A stretch of DNA of 64,000 bases. It comes from the human T2T-CHM13v2.0 reference genome, Homo sapiens. Below are positions 60,095-64,000 of this stretch, piece after piece. Within the stretch, counting starts at the first letter, position 1. The number at the start of each line of letters is the position of its first letter. The notes below the pieces were generated by a model, which did not search any database, was not told the DNA's origin, and worked only from the letters and a program-made list of their open reading frames with translations. Location of the stretch: assembly GCF_009914755.1 (NCBI RefSeq), contig NC_060947.1. The stretch is one strand, 5' to 3'. Made by a program: the position numbers and the translations under genes.

Positions 60095-63000
60095 TCAAAA
60101 CACACCTCCTAATAAAATTAAGAAGATTGAAATTTCCAAGCATATTTTCTGAAAACATTTGAATGAAAATAAATATTAATAGAAAATGGAATATTTTTAA
60201 AAATCACAAATGTGAAAATTAAACACATACTTGAACACAAATAGGTCCATAAAGAAATCAAAATAAAAAATAGAAACTATCTTGAGACAAATGAAACACA
60301 ACATACCAAAACTTACAGGATACAACAAAAGCAGTGGCAAAAGAGAAGTTTCTAGTAATACATGTCTATGTTAAATAAAAGGAGTGTTTGAAATAAAGAA
60401 CCTAACTTGAAACTTCAGAGAACTAGGAAAAAGAAGAACAAACTAAGGCCAACTTAACATTAGTAAAGAAAGAAGTTTGCATGGAAATTAAAGAAATAAA
60501 TAATAAAAAAAATTAGAAATCAATGAAATTAAGAATTTAGCAATTTTGACAAACTTTTAGCTAGATTATTAAGAAAAAAGGAGAGAAGAATCAAATAAAT
60601 AAAATCAGAAATGAAAAAGGTGGCATTATAGCAGATTCCATAAAAATTAAAAGTGTTATAAGAAACTACTCTGAGTAACTAAATAAACAACAAGTTAGAT
60701 AACCTGGAAGAAATGAATATTTTCCTAGACACATGCAACCTGCCAAGACTGAATCATGAAGAAATAGAAAATCTGAACAGACCTGCAACTAGTAGACATT
60801 GATCAGCACTCAAAATCCTTTCAGCAAAGAAAAGCTCACGGCAAGATAGCTTCACTGGTGAATTCTATAAAACATGTAAATAATTAATGCCAATCCTATC
60901 CAAACTCTTCAAAGAACCAAAAAGGAGTGAAAACTTCCAAACTTGTTCTAGGAGATCATCATGATTCTGATACCAAAACCAGGCAGACATAATACAAGAA
61001 AATAAAATCAAAGGTCAGTAACTCTGATAAATATAGATGCAAATATTTTCAGCAAAATACAAGCAAAACAAATTCAATAGCACATGAAAAGGACCATAAA
61101 CTATGACCAAGCAAAATTAATTCAAAGGATTAAAGAATGACTAATACATACAAATTAATCAATGTGACATATCATACTAACAAATTCAAAAATAAAAAGT
61201 ATATGATCATATTAATAGATGCAGAAAAAGCATTTGACTAAATTCAACAATTTTATGATAAGCTCACTCAATAAACTAAGAACAGAAGACCATTTAGCAT
61301 AATAAAAGCCATATTAAATATTTATACATTCAATAAAGTATAAAAAGCTAAAAGCTAACATTAAACTCAATGATAAAAACTGAAAGCTATTCTGCTAAGA
61401 TCAGGAATATGACAAGGTTGTCCATTCTTACCACTTCTACCTGGCATAATGCTGGAAATTCTATCCAGAGCAATTAGACTGGAAAAAGAAACTAAAGGCA
61501 TACAAATCCAGAAGAAAGAAGTTAAATTATCTCTGTTTGCAAGTGATATAATCTTATATATACAAAACCCTAAAAGTTCCACAAAATAATTTCAGGAGCT
61601 AATAAATAAATTTGGCAAAGTTGTAGAATACAATATCAACATACAAAAATCAATTGTGTTTCTATATGCTAACAATGAACAATCCAATAAAAAAATTTAA
61701 AAATCAATTTACAGTAGCATCAAAAAGAATAAAATAATTAGAAATAAAGAAGTGAAAGATCTATATACTGAAAACTACAAAACATCAGTGAAAGTAATTA
61801 AAGAAGACATGAATGAATGGAAATTTTGCTGTGTTTATGGTTGAGAAGACTACTGCTAAAATGTTCATACTACCCAAAGCAATCTACAGATTCAATACAA
61901 TTCCTATCAAAATTCCAATGGTATTTTTTACAAAAATATAGTAAACAAAGCTAAAATTCACATGGAATCACAAAAAAATTCTTAAATAGTTGAAATGATA
62001 TTGAGAAAGAACAAAGCTTGAGTCCTCACATTTCTTGATTTCAAAAGATATTGCAAAGCTACCAAAATCAGAAGAGTATGGTACTGACAAGACAGACATG
62101 TAGACCAATGGACTAGAATAGAGAGATTAGATGTATGGGTTTATTGCTAAGCTCTCTATAAACCCACACATATATGGTCAACTGACCTTCAACAAGGTGG
62201 TCAAGAATACACATGTCCAAGATCTGGGAATTCCAAGATAAATGTACTGGAATATTCAGTGTCTGTTAAGGACTGATTCTCTTTTTCATGTATGGTGCCT
62301 TGTTGCTGCATCCTCACATGGCCAAAGGGGCAAAGGATTTTGCTTCAACTTCTTTTATGAGGCTACTAACTTCATTAATGAGAAGGGAGGTCTCATGACC
62401 TAGTCACATCCCAAAGGCCTCACCTCTTAACACAATCACATTTCATGTTAGATTCCAACATGTGAATTTTGGGGGAACACTAACATCCAGAAAATAGTAG
62501 TCATTACTTTAAAAATCCAGAAAATATCAGATGACTATGTGGAAATATTGGAATTCTTACACACTTTTGGTGGGAATATAAAGTGGTGCAGCTGTTATGG
62601 AAAATAGTATGAAGGTTCCACAAAAAATTAAAAATATCTGCATATGACTCAGGAATCTCACTTCTGGGTATTTATCCAAACAAATTAAAATCAAGACCTT
62701 AAAAAGATACTTGTAATCCCATATTCATTGTGTCATTATTCACAATAACCAAGATTTGAAAAGGCACTAAATGGCCATTAACAGATGAATAAACAATGAA
62801 AATGTGATATAAATATATATATATAATGTGTTTAATATAATGTGTGTACCTCTCTAATATATATGTACATATATACACTCACATGTATATATGTATGTAA
62901 CATATGCTACATATATAATATAAATATTATATATAATATTGTGTAATATATGTTGCATATATAACGTTATATGTGTCTATGATATACAGCACATATGTGT

Positions 63001-63460
63001 GTAATACATAGTATATACATATAAATATGAGATGCATATACACATATAAACATATGTCTATAAATGAGACAGCAAGAATAATATTCAGCCATAAATAAGG
63101 AAATCCCATCATATGTTGCAATGTGGATTAACCTTAAAGACTTTATGCTAAGTGAAATAAGCTAGTTACATCAAAACAGGTGCTGCATGATTCCATTTAT
63201 GTAAAGTATCTAAAATAGTCAAACTCATAGAAACAGAAAGTAGAATAGTGATTTCCAGGGACTGTGGATAAGGGAAAATGGGTGAATTGTTATTTCACAG
63301 GAGTAGAGTTTTAGTCATGCAGGATAAAATTTCAAGTTCTGGAGATCTGCTGCTCAACATTATGTTTATAGCTAAACGATACTGTTATGTGCACTTAAAA
63401 AATTATCAGGTATATCGCATGTATTTTTATCATAATGAAAACAAGATGGTAATATTTTTA
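60095..63460 (+). mobile_element. L1MA9/MB-like element nested in the older L1
   Basis: ORF2 text restarts upstream at about 60100 and ends in 3'UTR 'aagttctggagatctgctg...gcacttaaaaatt'. TA-rich low complexity at about 62810-63060. Confidence 0.75.
62222..62499 (-). mobile_element. MLT1A-like MaLR LTR fragment
   Basis: 'tcctcacatggccaaagggg...ctcatgacctagtcacatcccaaaggcctcacctcttaacac...gaattttggggg'. Confidence 0.8.
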
Positions 63461-63829
63461 AAAATGATTAGTGGATTCAAAGTAATGCCTATTAAATCCC
63501 AGCTTACTTTATCACAGAAATTGACAAGCTGATTTTAAATTCATATGGAAATACAAGAGAACCTAAATAGCCAAAATAATCTCTAGAGGAACAAAGTCAG
63601 TGGACTCATAATTCCTCATTTCAAAACTTATAATGAAGCTATAGTAATCAAGATAGTGAGGTACTAACGAAAGCATAGACATGTGTAGTTCAGTGGAACT
63701 ACACATTGAGAGTCCAGAAACAAACCCATGCACTTATGGTCAACTAATTTTTGGCAAATCATGAAGACATTTCAGTTAAGGAATGAGTAGTGTTTTTAAA
63801 AATGTTGCTGGGAAAAAAATCCAATACTT

Positions 63830-64000
63830 TTTAATCTCACATATATGTAGAATCTAAAAAAGTCAGAGAGTAGAAACAGAGAGTCAAACAGAGCTATGGA
63901 AACATAATAAAATTGTGGTTAACAGAGGCTGGAGGTGGAAGACACGGAAAGAAGACATGTTAGTCAAAGGGTAGAAAGTTTCAGTTAGACAAAAAGAAAA
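63830..64000 (+). mobile_element. L1MA-type 3' fragment
   Basis: 'atgtagaatctaaaaaagt...gtcaaagggtagaaagtttcagttagaca'. Confidence 0.65.

Overview
This is AT-rich primate (human-like) genomic DNA made almost entirely of interspersed repeats. I find no credible host protein-coding gene, RNA gene or CRISPR array, and the ORFs I could assign are decayed L1, ERV, mariner or Alu sequence, antisense readings of these, or microsatellite artefacts. The main structure is a deep nest of insertions. An old L1MA (minus strand) was interrupted by a near full-length L1PA15/16 (about 12260-36050). That L1 was interrupted by a MER52/HUERS-P3-like ERV1 provirus, which was in turn interrupted by a near-complete HERV-L (MLT2A LTRs). 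Alus, an L1PB1 and an L1PA10 were also inserted. Elsewhere there is a second ERV1 remnant with a His-like PBS (1030-6560), an internally deleted THE1C, a MER1B, a full-length HSMAR2 mariner fossil, a twin-primed L1PA7, and an older L3/MIR/L2 block (46-50 kb). The most unusual signals are rearrangement scars: an inversion plus deletion breaking in the (TA)n tract of one HERV-L LTR, an 87-bp copy of an L1 segment from 12 kb away inserted into the (TA)n tract of the other LTR, and several fold-back templated insertions. I cannot support a new functional system here. Subfamily names come from recalled consensus motifs and were not confirmed by RepeatMasker or Dfam. Boundaries are approximate unless TSDs are quoted.
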